Source: Escherichia phage EP01
Sequence record: OM135583.1
Reading direction: 5' to 3' (one strand)
DNA: 64,000 nt
The notes below the pieces were generated by a model that saw only the letters and a program-made list of their open reading frames with translations, did not search any database and was not told the DNA's origin. Each line of letters begins with the position of its first letter. The first letter of the stretch is position 1. The translations under genes were made by a program, and so were the position numbers. This document shows positions 42,004-51,296 of this stretch, one piece after another.

Positions 42004-44268
42004 TCATAATTTACAGGATGAACAATCTTCAGCTTTTGGAGTTTCTATTTCATAATCATCAGTACCAGAACCATCACGGGTATTATGATAATAGAAGTTT
42101 TTAATGCCATAATACCATCCGTATAGCATGTCATCAATCATTACAGACATTGGAACCTTTCCTTTTGGAAAAATCTGCGGGTCATAATATGTATTCGCTG
42201 AAGCTGATTGACATACCCATTTCAGCATAATAGCTACCTGCGTAAGATAAGGTTTATTACCTTTCTTAGCTAATTTCCACGTATAATCATAGAGGTCTAT
42301 GTTATGCTCAATATTGGGCACGACTTGATTAAAGGAACCCTCTTTTGATTCTTTAACAGAGACTGGTCCACGTGGAGGCTCGATACCGTTTGTACTGTTA
42401 GAAACTTGGGAAGATGACTCACATGGCATAAGTGCTGATAATGTGCTATTACGGATGCCAAAGAGCTTAAGGTCTTCCCGCAGCGACGACCAGTCACAAA
42501 CGTATTTTGGAGCTGCGATTTGGTCAATCTTTTTATTGTACCAGTCGATAGGTAATTCGCCTCGAGACCAACGAGTGTCTGAATAATATTCGCAAGGTCC
42601 TTTTTCTTTGGCGAGCTTAATGGATGCTTTAATGAGTCCATACTGTAGTCTCTCAAATAGTTCATGTGTTAAATCGTTAGCATCTTCATAAGAAGCAAAG
42701 TTACTTGCCAGCCAAGCTGCATAGTTAGTAACACCTACGCCAAGGTTTCGACGCTTTTTAGCTTTTTCTGCTTCAGGAACTGGATATCCTTGGTAATCCA
42801 AAAGATTATCAAGAGCACGAACTTGAACTTCTGCTAATTCATTAATTTTATCTTGGTCTTGCCAATCGAAATTATCTAACACAAATGCAGATAACGTGCA
42901 CAATCCAATTTCAGCATCAGGACTATTCACATCATTTGTTGGAATAGCAATTTCACAGCACAAGTTACTCTGACGAATAGGTGCCTTTTCACGAATAAAT
43001 GGAGTATAGTTATTCGTATTATCAATGAACTGTACATAAATCCTTGCTGTTCCTGATCGTTCAGTCATGAGCAATTCAAACAGTTCACGTGCTTTAATAC
43101 GCTTTTTGCGAATATTAGGGTCTTTTTCTGCTGCTTCGTATAATTCGCGGAAACGGTCTTGGTCTTTAAAATAAGAATAATAAAGCTCGCCGCCCATTTC
43201 ATGCGGACTGAACAAAGTAATGTAGTCGTTCTTTCCAAAACGTTCCATCATCAAATCATTCAGCTGGACGCCATAATCCATATGACGGATACGGTTTTCT
43301 TCTACGCCTTTGTTATTTTTCAAAACGAGAAGATTTTCAACTTCCAAATGCCAAATAGGATAATAAGCAGTAGCAGCGCCGCCACGAATTCCACCCTGTG
43401 AACATGATTTAACAGCAGTCTGAAAATGTTTCCAAAAAGGAATAACGCCAGTATGACGTACTTCACCTGTGCCAATCTTAGAACCTTCAGCACGAATCAT
43501 ACCAACGTTAATACCAATTCCAGCACGTTTGGAGATATATTCAACAATTGAAGCTGAAGCCTTATTGATAGACTTCAGCGAATCACCTGCTTCAATAACA
43601 ACGCATGAACTAAATTGCCGAGTTGGAGTACGACAACCAGCCATAATAGGAGTTGGCAGTGAAATCTGTCGAGTGGATACTGCTTCATAAAAACGAATAA
43701 CGTGTTTTAATCTATCAACAGGTTCGTCTTGATGCAATGCCATTCCAATAGTCATAAATGCAAACTGTGGAGTTTCATAAATTTGACCAGTGGTTTTATC
43801 TTTAACGAGATATTTTTCTTTTAATTGCATCGCCCCGGAATAAGTAAATTCCATATCCCGCTCGTGCTTAATTTTTGATTCTAAAAATGTAATTTCTTCT
43901 GCAGAATATTTTGACAACAATTCAGGATCGTATTTACCTTCATTTACACAGTAAGAAATATGGTCAATAAATGAACGGGGCTCATACTGTCCGTACACAT
44001 GTTTACGAAGAGCAAACATTAAACAGCGTGCAGCTACGTATTGGTAATCAGGCTCTTCAACTGAAATAGAATTCGCAGCAGCCTTAATTACAATAGTTTG
44101 AATGTCATCAGTGGTCATTCCATCACGGAGATATGATTTAATATTTTCATATAATTCATAAGGATCTACAGATGTTCCTTCAGCTGCCCAAGATAAAACT
44201 TTAATAATTTTTTGTGAATCAAAGCTCTGAGAAACACCACTACTTTTGATAACATTAATTAATTGCAT
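42004..44268 (-). CDS. nrdA: ribonucleotide reductase large subunit, 754 aa
   Basis: Length identical to T4 NrdA; N-terminal ATP-cone-like region. Confidence 0.95.
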   Translation of the reverse strand: MQLINVIKSSGVSQSFDSQKIIKVLSWAAEGTSVDPYELYENIKSYLRDGMTTDDIQTIVIKAAANSISVEEPDYQYVAARCLMFALRKHVYGQYEPRSFIDHISYCVNEGKYDPELLSKYSAEEITFLESKIKHERDMEFTYSGAMQLKEKYLVKDKTTGQIYETPQFAFMTIGMALHQDEPVDRLKHVIRFYEAVSTRQISLPTPIMAGCRTPTRQFSSCVVIEAGDSLKSINKASASIVEYISKRAGIGINVGMIRAEGSKIGTGEVRHTGVIPFWKHFQTAVKSCSQGGIRGGAATAYYPIWHLEVENLLVLKNNKGVEENRIRHMDYGVQLNDLMMERFGKNDYITLFSPHEMGGELYYSYFKDQDRFRELYEAAEKDPNIRKKRIKARELFELLMTERSGTARIYVQFIDNTNNYTPFIREKAPIRQSNLCCEIAIPTNDVNSPDAEIGLCTLSAFVLDNFDWQDQDKINELAEVQVRALDNLLDYQGYPVPEAEKAKKRRNLGVGVTNYAAWLASNFASYEDANDLTHELFERLQYGLIKASIKLAKEKGPCEYYSDTRWSRGELPIDWYNKKIDQIAAPKYVCDWSSLREDLKLFGIRNSTLSALMPCESSSQVSNSTNGIEPPRGPVSVKESKEGSFNQVVPNIEHNIDLYDYTWKLAKKGNKPYLTQVAIMLKWVCQSASANTYYDPQIFPKGKVPMSVMIDDMLYGWYYGIKNFYYHNTRDGSGTDDYEIETPKAEDCSSCKL

Positions 44269-44585
44269 AAGTCCTCAACTTGAAAATCGTCTTTAAACAA
44301 TCGGTTAACTATATGAGCTATTATATCACCATGACACGGCTTTGGTTTACATGTGCATCCTAGCCTCATTCCACGTAAAGGCTCTAAATGTGCTTTAGTT
44401 ATTTCTCCGGATTTAATTCGACGTATAAAATCTTTTTTGAATAATTCAATGGCAGCCTCCCGGCTGCCAACATCTTTACCGACGTAATTTCCCCAAAATG
44501 TACCACGGTGAATATTAACATCAAAGTCGGATTTATATTTATTCACTACCTGGCATAGACGGCGCGCGCGGTAATAGTTCGTCAT
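44259..44585 (-). CDS. hypothetical Cys-containing protein, 108 aa
   Basis: ATG start; overlaps nrdA start by 10 nt; [12 protein letters not shown] motif. Confidence 0.55.
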   Translation of the reverse strand: MTNYYRARRLCQVVNKYKSDFDVNIHRGTFWGNYVGKDVGSREAAIELFKKDFIRRIKSGEITKAHLEPLRGMRLGCTCKPKPCHGDIIAHIVNRLFKDDFQVEDLCN

Positions 44586-44802
44586 ATTGTTTTTCCGTTA
44601 AAACAGTAATATCATAATAACAATCTGAAGAAGTTTTAACTGTAGAAATTTTATTATCAAAATACTCACGAGTCATTTTATGAGTATAATATTTTTTGCC
44701 ATAAATGATAATAGGCTGATTTGGTCCTGGAACTTCTAACTCACTTGGATTAGGAAGTGTAAAAAGAACTATACCAGAAGTATCTTTAAATCGTAAAATC
44801 AT
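44539..44802 (-). CDS. hypothetical protein, 87 aa
   Basis: Same-strand ORF overlapping the downstream ORF by 47 nt. Confidence 0.5.
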   Translation of the reverse strand: MILRFKDTSGIVLFTLPNPSELEVPGPNQPIIIYGKKYYTHKMTREYFDNKISTVKTSSDCYYDITVLTEKQYDELLPRAPSMPGSE

Positions 44803-44825
44803 ATATCCTCACAATTAATAATTAA

Positions 44826-45686
44826 TTACACCGCCATTTTTCCTTTAATAGGAGGGTGTGATTCGTAACCTTTAAGAACGAAATCTTTAGGCCTGAGTTT
44901 AAGAATGTATTCCAATTGTTCTTTAGTAGAAAGATAGCGGAATTTATAAGGCAATCCGCCTATTACCAGTTCACAAAGCTCTTTAGGTTCACGACGCAAA
45001 ATTTCTTTACATTGTTCTACGTGATTCATATAGATATGAGTATTACCGCCAGAAAATATCAAATCTCCTGGAATAAGATTACACATCTTAGCTACAATAT
45101 GAACCAACACAGCATATGATGCAATATTAAATGGAAGACCGAGGAAAACATCTACTGAACGTTGGTACCACTGTAAATCCAAATATCCATTACGCACATT
45201 AAACTGATAAAACATATGACAAGGCGGTAATGCCATATATTTAAGTTCAGCTGGATTCCACGCCGACACAATTTGTCGCCTATCATTCGGCAGTTTTTTA
45301 ATACGATCAATAACTTCTACAATTTGGTCTACACCACCAAAATCACGCCACTGTTTTCCATAAATTGGACCAAGTTCACCGCTATGGTATCCTAAATCTT
45401 TTGCTTGATTTTCGTAATTTTCATCCCAGACTGTTTTGCCTTGAATTAATGAATCATGCTGAATTAATCGTAAATCATTTACGTTAGTACTTCCTGACAA
45501 AAACCATATTAGCTCAGCAATACAAGCTTTCCAGGCGAGCTTCTTAGTCGTTACTGCAGGAAAACCTTTAGTTAAATCCCAGCGTAATTTAGTACCGAAC
45601 AAAGCAATTGTTCCTGTGCCCGTTCGGTCATCGGTTTCATAGCCATTTTCAAAAATGTCTTTAATTAAATCTTGGTATTGTTTCAT
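44826..45686 (-). CDS. td: thymidylate synthase, 286 aa, uninterrupted
   Basis: Active-site ALPPCHMFYQF; continuous 286-codon ORF. Confidence 0.95.
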   Translation of the reverse strand: MKQYQDLIKDIFENGYETDDRTGTGTIALFGTKLRWDLTKGFPAVTTKKLAWKACIAELIWFLSGSTNVNDLRLIQHDSLIQGKTVWDENYENQAKDLGYHSGELGPIYGKQWRDFGGVDQIVEVIDRIKKLPNDRRQIVSAWNPAELKYMALPPCHMFYQFNVRNGYLDLQWYQRSVDVFLGLPFNIASYAVLVHIVAKMCNLIPGDLIFSGGNTHIYMNHVEQCKEILRREPKELCELVIGGLPYKFRYLSTKEQLEYILKLRPKDFVLKGYESHPPIKGKMAV

Positions 45687-45731
45687 TTAGTACCTTATAT
45701 AAATTATAATACATTTTATGAAGCTAAATAA

Positions 45732-46082
45732 TCAATACGGTTTAGCATCAAATTTTCTTTCGATTTCAGGAGTGAAATATAATTCTTTACCACGTTTGGA
45801 AAAGCGACCAATAATATGATAATTATTCTCATCAAACGTGATATTGCCGATATCCATAGCTTTCAACCAAATATCGATATTTCTGTCAAGCTTTATATCA
45901 AAATTCCAATACGGAGAACTATTACCGAAAATACTGCAAGCGGATTCAGTGCAATAACTGCTGCTATAAATCTTGTCTTTGGGAACTACTAATTGATAGA
46001 CGCCTTTAATAAACTGAGGACCCTGCCATTTTGGTTGTTTCGCGTCTTTTTCTAATAGAATAGGGTAATAATTAAAGTTCAT
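45732..46082 (-). CDS. hypothetical protein, 116 aa, between frd and td
   Basis: Track ORF (120 aa) starts at GTG 46094; first ATG at 46082; no recognisable motif. Confidence 0.5.
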   Translation of the reverse strand: MNFNYYPILLEKDAKQPKWQGPQFIKGVYQLVVPKDKIYSSSYCTESACSIFGNSSPYWNFDIKLDRNIDIWLKAMDIGNITFDENNYHIIGRFSKRGKELYFTPEIERKFDAKPY

Positions 46083-46102
46083 ATTTTCTGCCACGCGTTA
46101 TT

Positions 46103-46929
<827 letters not shown>

Positions 46930-46939
46930 ATTATTTTCC

Positions 46940-47182
46940 TTAAACAGACTTTTTCACAGTTTTCCAATCAGCTTTAAACTGTTCAACATCAGAATGGTAA
47001 ATCCAAAACCCTGCGCTTTCTCCATCCTCATAAAGAGGGCATCCATCGCATTCATCTTCCCATCCCATATCACGCAAAAGAAGTTCAGCTTTTTCAACAA
47101 GTTCAGAATCTTTACCGATGATATTAAAATACCATTTACCTCTAACTTCTGAATCTTTGATGCTCTGGCGTTGTAATCTCAT
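46940..47182 (-). CDS. hypothetical protein, 80 aa (position of T4 frd.2)
   Basis: Same-strand ORF; early promoter upstream at 47208-47236. Confidence 0.55.
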   Translation of the reverse strand: MRLQRQSIKDSEVRGKWYFNIIGKDSELVEKAELLLRDMGWEDECDGCPLYEDGESAGFWIYHSDVEQFKADWKTVKKSV

Positions 47183-47207
47183 TTTATTCTCCTCAGTTGA
47201 TAGGGTA

Positions 47208-47236
47208 ATAGTATCACACTACTACCCTTCTGTAAA
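47208..47236 (-). promoter_or_regulatory. sigma70-type early promoter upstream of the 80-aa gene
   Basis: Minus strand GTTTACA, 17-nt spacer ending TGTGA, TACTAT. Confidence 0.5.
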
Positions 47237-47602
47237 CTACTTTTTGAAAGTTTTTCGTAAAAGTTCAATGATTTCGTCTACATTGTTTTCGTCAACAATA
47301 CAGTGAATTTTTGTTACGCCAGAAACCTTGTCTTCAACTTCATCTTTTTCAGAAGTCGGTTCTTTATATTCACGGAAACAATGAAATTCGTCTTCACAGA
47401 CGTTGAAGTAAAAATGCTTTCCATTTGCGCATTCAATGTGTTTTATTACTCTAAATCCATCAGCAAAGAAAGCTTCTTTAACTTCAAACCATCCGCCATT
47501 ATCTCGAATAGCTTTAACTATTGATGAATTAGAACGCGGGCGATAATTAATAAATGTATCAATAAGTCTTGGAACAAGTTCATATTTTCTACCAATATAC
47601 AT
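47237..47602 (-). CDS. hypothetical protein, 121 aa (position of T4 frd.3)
   Basis: GAGGAAA SD upstream; preceded by hairpin. Confidence 0.55.
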   Translation of the reverse strand: MYIGRKYELVPRLIDTFINYRPRSNSSIVKAIRDNGGWFEVKEAFFADGFRVIKHIECANGKHFYFNVCEDEFHCFREYKEPTSEKDEVEDKVSGVTKIHCIVDENNVDEIIELLRKTFKK

Positions 47603-47622
47603 TGTGTTTTCCTCATTTTAAT

Positions 47623-47640
47623 AGGGGCTTGATAGCCCCT
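47623..47640 (-). terminator. hairpin between the 75-aa gene and the 121-aa gene
   Basis: AGGGGC, 6-nt loop, GCCCCT. Confidence 0.45.
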
Positions 47641-47646
47641 TAATAA

Positions 47647-47874
47647 TTACTGCTCAATAAATCCTGTGTAAAATTCTACATCTTCAGCATCCATACCGTC
47701 ACAGTATTCATTAACCATAAATTGTTTAAGACGATTTAAAGGACCTTCAATAACAACTGAAACATTGCAATTGGGGTCATTTAGTGCGCTTGTAATACGG
47801 AGTTCAGGATAACGATTACGAATAATTTCTTCAATATATTCAAAATCAACAACATCAATATCAATTTTAGCCAT
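47647..47874 (-). CDS. hypothetical protein, 75 aa
   Basis: Track ORF 83 aa; ATG at 47874 has AGAGGA SD at 7 nt; early promoter upstream. Confidence 0.5.
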   Translation of the reverse strand: MAKIDIDVVDFEYIEEIIRNRYPELRITSALNDPNCNVSVVIEGPLNRLKQFMVNEYCDGMDAEDVEFYTGFIEQ

Positions 47875-47920
47875 GTTATTTTCCTCTTTAATCATCATCA
47901 GCAGTATTGCCGATAGTTGT

Positions 47921-47949
47921 ATAGTACCACAGTATGCTTTGGTTGTAAA
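47921..47949 (-). promoter_or_regulatory. sigma70-type early promoter upstream of the 75-aa gene
   Basis: Minus strand GTTTACA, 17-nt spacer ending TGG, TACTAT. Confidence 0.45.
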
Positions 47950-47981
47950 CCGTTTTGTGAAAAAATTTTTGAAATAAAAAA

Positions 47982-48000
47982 GGGGACCTCTAGGGTCCCC
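47982..48000 (-). terminator. intrinsic terminator after gene 32
   Basis: GGGGACC, 5-nt loop, GGTCCCC, then U-run on minus-strand RNA. Confidence 0.7.
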
Positions 48001-48022
48001 AATTAATTAGTAATATAATCTA

Positions 48023-48931
48023 TTAAAGGTCATTCAAAAGGTCATCCAGGTCCGTGTCATCAGCACTAGATGAACTGCCAGAGCTTGAGCTCATAAAATC
48101 ATCTTCAGTTTTTGTTTTGAAGTCATCAACATTGAATGCATCCAAATCATCAGCAACTTTATCAGCTTTCTTAGCAGCAGTTGCAGCGGCACCACCCATA
48201 GCAGCAGTTCCCATAACTTGACTGAACTTAGTGCTCAGTTCTTCAAACGATTTGAATTTATCTTTAGAAGTCATTTCAGAAAGGTCAACCATTTGTTCGA
48301 ACAGTTCTTTCTGGAAAGATTCATCATCAATGTTTGGAATCGCAGATTGATTCAGGAATTTAGATTCGTCGTAGTTACTAAAACCAGAAACTTGTTTAAC
48401 TTTCAGTACAAAGTTAGCACCTTCCCACGGACAAGTTACATCAACCGGAGTTTCACCCATTTCAACATCAACTGCAATCATTGCATTGATTTTATCCCAG
48501 ATTTTCTTACCGAAACGATATTTAAATACTTTACCTTCATTTTCTGGAGCAGCTGGGTCTTTTACTACAAGAATGTTAGCCCAGTAAGAAGTTTTACGTT
48601 TAACAAGACTGTACTCTTTATTGTCAGTGTTGTACAAATCATTTTTACTGATGTACTGACATACTGGGCAAGAATCGTAATCACCGTGGGTAGATGAGCA
48701 ATTTTCGATATACCATTTACCGTTTTTCTTGAAACCGTGATTTACAAGAATTGCGAATGGTGCTTGTTCATCATTTTTAGACGGAAGAAAACGAATTACT
48801 GCTTGACCGTTACCCGCATTGTCGAGTTTCAGTTTCCACTCGCCTTTATCTTCAGAAGAAAAACCACCTTTATTTCCAGCCAGTTTAGCCATTTGTGCAG
48901 CGAGTTCAGCAGTAGATTTACGTTTAAACAT
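48023..48931 (-). CDS. 32: single-stranded DNA-binding protein, 302 aa
   Basis: Sequence as T4 gp32 incl. Ser/Asp-rich acidic C-terminus; AU-rich operator upstream; hairpin terminator downstream. Confidence 0.96.
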   Translation of the reverse strand: MFKRKSTAELAAQMAKLAGNKGGFSSEDKGEWKLKLDNAGNGQAVIRFLPSKNDEQAPFAILVNHGFKKNGKWYIENCSSTHGDYDSCPVCQYISKNDLYNTDNKEYSLVKRKTSYWANILVVKDPAAPENEGKVFKYRFGKKIWDKINAMIAVDVEMGETPVDVTCPWEGANFVLKVKQVSGFSNYDESKFLNQSAIPNIDDESFQKELFEQMVDLSEMTSKDKFKSFEELSTKFSQVMGTAAMGGAAATAAKKADKVADDLDAFNVDDFKTKTEDDFMSSSSGSSSSADDTDLDDLLNDL

Positions 48932-48995
48932 TTTTATTTCCTTTTTAATTTAATTAACAGTTGGTGCTATGACGATGTATGACCTCATAGCTGGT
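48932..48995 (-). promoter_or_regulatory. gene 32 5' leader: AU-rich operator with upstream pseudoknot-forming inverted repeat
   Basis: Minus strand GCUAUGA...UCAUAGC inverted repeat followed by UUAAUUAAAUUAAAAAGGAAAUAAAAAUG. Confidence 0.7.
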
Positions 48996-49005
48996 CAGTG
49001 AGATA

Positions 49006-49030
49006 ATTATAATCTATTTATAATAAGCAA
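49006..49030 (-). promoter_or_regulatory. probable middle promoter for gene 32 (partial MotA box)
   Basis: Minus strand TTGCTTA, 12-nt spacer, TATAAT; overlaps late promoter. Confidence 0.5.
49015..49022 (-). promoter_or_regulatory. late promoter (TATAAATA on minus strand) for gene 32
   Basis: Plus-strand TATTTATA, 83 nt upstream of gene 32 ATG. Confidence 0.55.
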
Positions 49031-49684
49031 TTAATACTTACAAGATTTCACAGTTTCAATGAAAACGCTTTTAGCTTTCTGCGAATCAATATTTAAAATT
49101 TTTCTATAAGCCTTTAACTTTATAGAATAATTATTCCAGACTAAATTATCAGTCTGTTCATCATGTTTATCAATTATATTTAAAAACGAATCAAGCAAGA
49201 TAAACGTCTCAAACGAAATTATATTCGATTGAAGTAGTTTAAAAATATAACTTGATTGAACTTTTGGATTATACTCAAAGATTTCTTTAAAAGCAGAAAC
49301 TTCAACTTTTTTACTAAAATAATAAATGTTGCGAATATCTTCTTCAAACTTAAATTTAATTTGCTTTAAGCGTCCGATATATTCACGATAAAACACAAGT
49401 GCATCAGCGTCAGAGATGTCACCAATCCAAGCATCCTGGTTAGCAACCAGATTGCTTATAAAGATTAAAGCAAGTTCCTTTAATTTATATTTTTCTGATA
49501 ACTTCTGGAAAAAATACTTATCCCTTCGCTTTTGATAAGCGGCATCAGACACCCGCATGCACCAATTATACTTAATTACATCATACTTTCCATTCATATG
49601 TTGTTTTATCATTAAGTATAATTTATAAACTGATTTACCATCAATGTATCTTTCACCACCAGCAGGCATGCGGAGTTTAATCAT
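49031..49684 (-). CDS. 59: helicase loader protein, 217 aa
   Basis: Size and synteny (33-59-32) as T4 gp59. Confidence 0.92.
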   Translation of the reverse strand: MIKLRMPAGGERYIDGKSVYKLYLMIKQHMNGKYDVIKYNWCMRVSDAAYQKRRDKYFFQKLSEKYKLKELALIFISNLVANQDAWIGDISDADALVFYREYIGRLKQIKFKFEEDIRNIYYFSKKVEVSAFKEIFEYNPKVQSSYIFKLLQSNIISFETFILLDSFLNIIDKHDEQTDNLVWNNYSIKLKAYRKILNIDSQKAKSVFIETVKSCKY

Positions 49685-50019
49685 AGTAGAAAATCTAATG
49701 TATTAGTTTTTTCACAACGAACAACAGAAGGACGTAAAAGATTTTCGTCAATAGCTTCTGACTGAATTTTTTCAATTATACCCGAAGGAATAAATTTAGC
49801 AAATTGAGTTTCAGGAATAGAATTTTCTTCTAAGAATGCTGTTGTAGCTTCAAGATAACTCATTCCAAACTCTTCTACCATTTTTTCAATAATAAATCCA
49901 TTTTCTTGACGGTCAAGAAGCTTTGCAATTTCATCCTTTTCTTTCTTAATTGAAAGTTCTTTTTCTGAAAGACCGGTCTCATCGACCGGACGAATATCAT
50001 TTAGAGAAAACTGTGTCAT
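49681..50019 (-). CDS. 33: late transcription accessory protein, 112 aa
   Basis: Track ORF starts at TTG 50028; ATG at 50019 gives MTQFSLNDIRP and the T4 gp33 length. Confidence 0.82.
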   Translation of the reverse strand: MTQFSLNDIRPVDETGLSEKELSIKKEKDEIAKLLDRQENGFIIEKMVEEFGMSYLEATTAFLEENSIPETQFAKFIPSGIIEKIQSEAIDENLLRPSVVRCEKTNTLDFLL

Positions 50020-50266
50020 AAAGTTCAACTACCTCTTCAGTTTCAGCTTCAAACACATCACGGTTATCTTTATGATACAAAGCTAATAGACGATTAAACA
50101 TCTTACCATCAACGCCAAGTTCATCTTTGGCACGAATTCGAATATCTTTAATCAATTCATTATAACCAGAAATTTTCAGTTTATGGTCAGATGCTTCTTT
50201 AATAAATTTAGCTAAATCTTCGCCGTGGATAGCTTCATCAAATTCAACCATTTCTTTTTTAGCCAT
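49997..50266 (-). CDS. dsbA: double-stranded DNA-binding protein, 89 aa
   Basis: Size and position between rnh and 33 as T4 DsbA. Confidence 0.82.
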   Translation of the reverse strand: MAKKEMVEFDEAIHGEDLAKFIKEASDHKLKISGYNELIKDIRIRAKDELGVDGKMFNRLLALYHKDNRDVFEAETEEVVELYDTVFSK

Positions 50267-50274
50267 TATTCACC

Positions 50275-51192
50275 TCAAAATTCGTTAATGCTATTAGTTA
50301 ATTTAGAAAGACCCGCTTTTACAAAATATGAATAAATTTTGCCGCGCGGTGGTAATTTATATGAATTATAGTAATTCACAATGTTTGAAGCAATATTATC
50401 AGGAATATAATCAAAATCAATTAGAACTAAATTTTCTTTGTATCGATTATACTCAGATTCGGTGAGAAGCACCTTAGCTTGCTCACGGTCATTAGCAATA
50501 GCTTCAACAATAGAGGTTTTCATTGAAGGAGTTCGTTCGCCTTCAACTCTGGTAAACCAAAAGTCAGATCGTACTTTAACTGAAGCAACGTTATCCTTTT
50601 TATCGCCCTTAAGAATTTTAGTCATACAGTCAATTTCAGCAGAACCGCTTTTAATTTTAACCCATTTCTTGTGCATCGGTGACCATTGCTTAACATTTGG
50701 GTATTTGTGAAGTTGAGTAAAGTCACCATCCGACGAAATGATTAAAATTTTATGTCCTTCTAAAGAGAACTTTTTAACCAAAACAGCAATATGGTCATCT
50801 GCTTCATACTTATCAATATCCATAACAATGTATGGCATATAAGCTTTCAATTCATCTATAACTTTATGACTGGATTCAAAATAACCTTCCCAGTCCCAAG
50901 TAGATTCTTCTCGTGCTTTTCCACGGTTTTTCTTATAGTAATAAGCGAAATCACGACGCCAGTATCCAGATTTCGCGTTATCGATACACAGTACAATTTT
51001 AGTGTATCCAAGAGTTTTTGCTTTTTTGACATTAAACTTAATTGAGTTCAATATCAAATGACGAACCATTGATAAATTAATTTTTTCTTTATCTGGGAAG
51101 TTTACTAGAGCAGTTGAAAGCGCAATTTGACTAAAGTCAATTAAGCAGATTCCTTCTTTGTAATCTTCATCCAGCATCATTTCTAAATCCAT
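50275..51192 (-). CDS. rnh: RNase H / 5'-3' flap exonuclease, 305 aa
   Basis: Track ORF starts at TTG 51207; ATG at 51192 with GAGG SD gives MDLEMMLDEDYKEG as in T4 RNase H. Confidence 0.9.
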   Translation of the reverse strand: MDLEMMLDEDYKEGICLIDFSQIALSTALVNFPDKEKINLSMVRHLILNSIKFNVKKAKTLGYTKIVLCIDNAKSGYWRRDFAYYYKKNRGKAREESTWDWEGYFESSHKVIDELKAYMPYIVMDIDKYEADDHIAVLVKKFSLEGHKILIISSDGDFTQLHKYPNVKQWSPMHKKWVKIKSGSAEIDCMTKILKGDKKDNVASVKVRSDFWFTRVEGERTPSMKTSIVEAIANDREQAKVLLTESEYNRYKENLVLIDFDYIPDNIASNIVNYYNSYKLPPRGKIYSYFVKAGLSKLTNSINEF

Positions 51193-51254
51193 ATGAACCT
51201 CGTTCAATTAGTGAGATTTCTATTATATACCATCCGAATCTTAAAGTAAACAAG

Positions 51255-51262
51255 TATAAATA
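51255..51262 (+). promoter_or_regulatory. late promoter TATAAATA for gene 34
   Basis: Exact 8-mer 35 nt upstream of ATG. Confidence 0.65.
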
Positions 51263-51296
51263 CTTATTATTGAAAACACAATAGGAGCCCGGGAGA

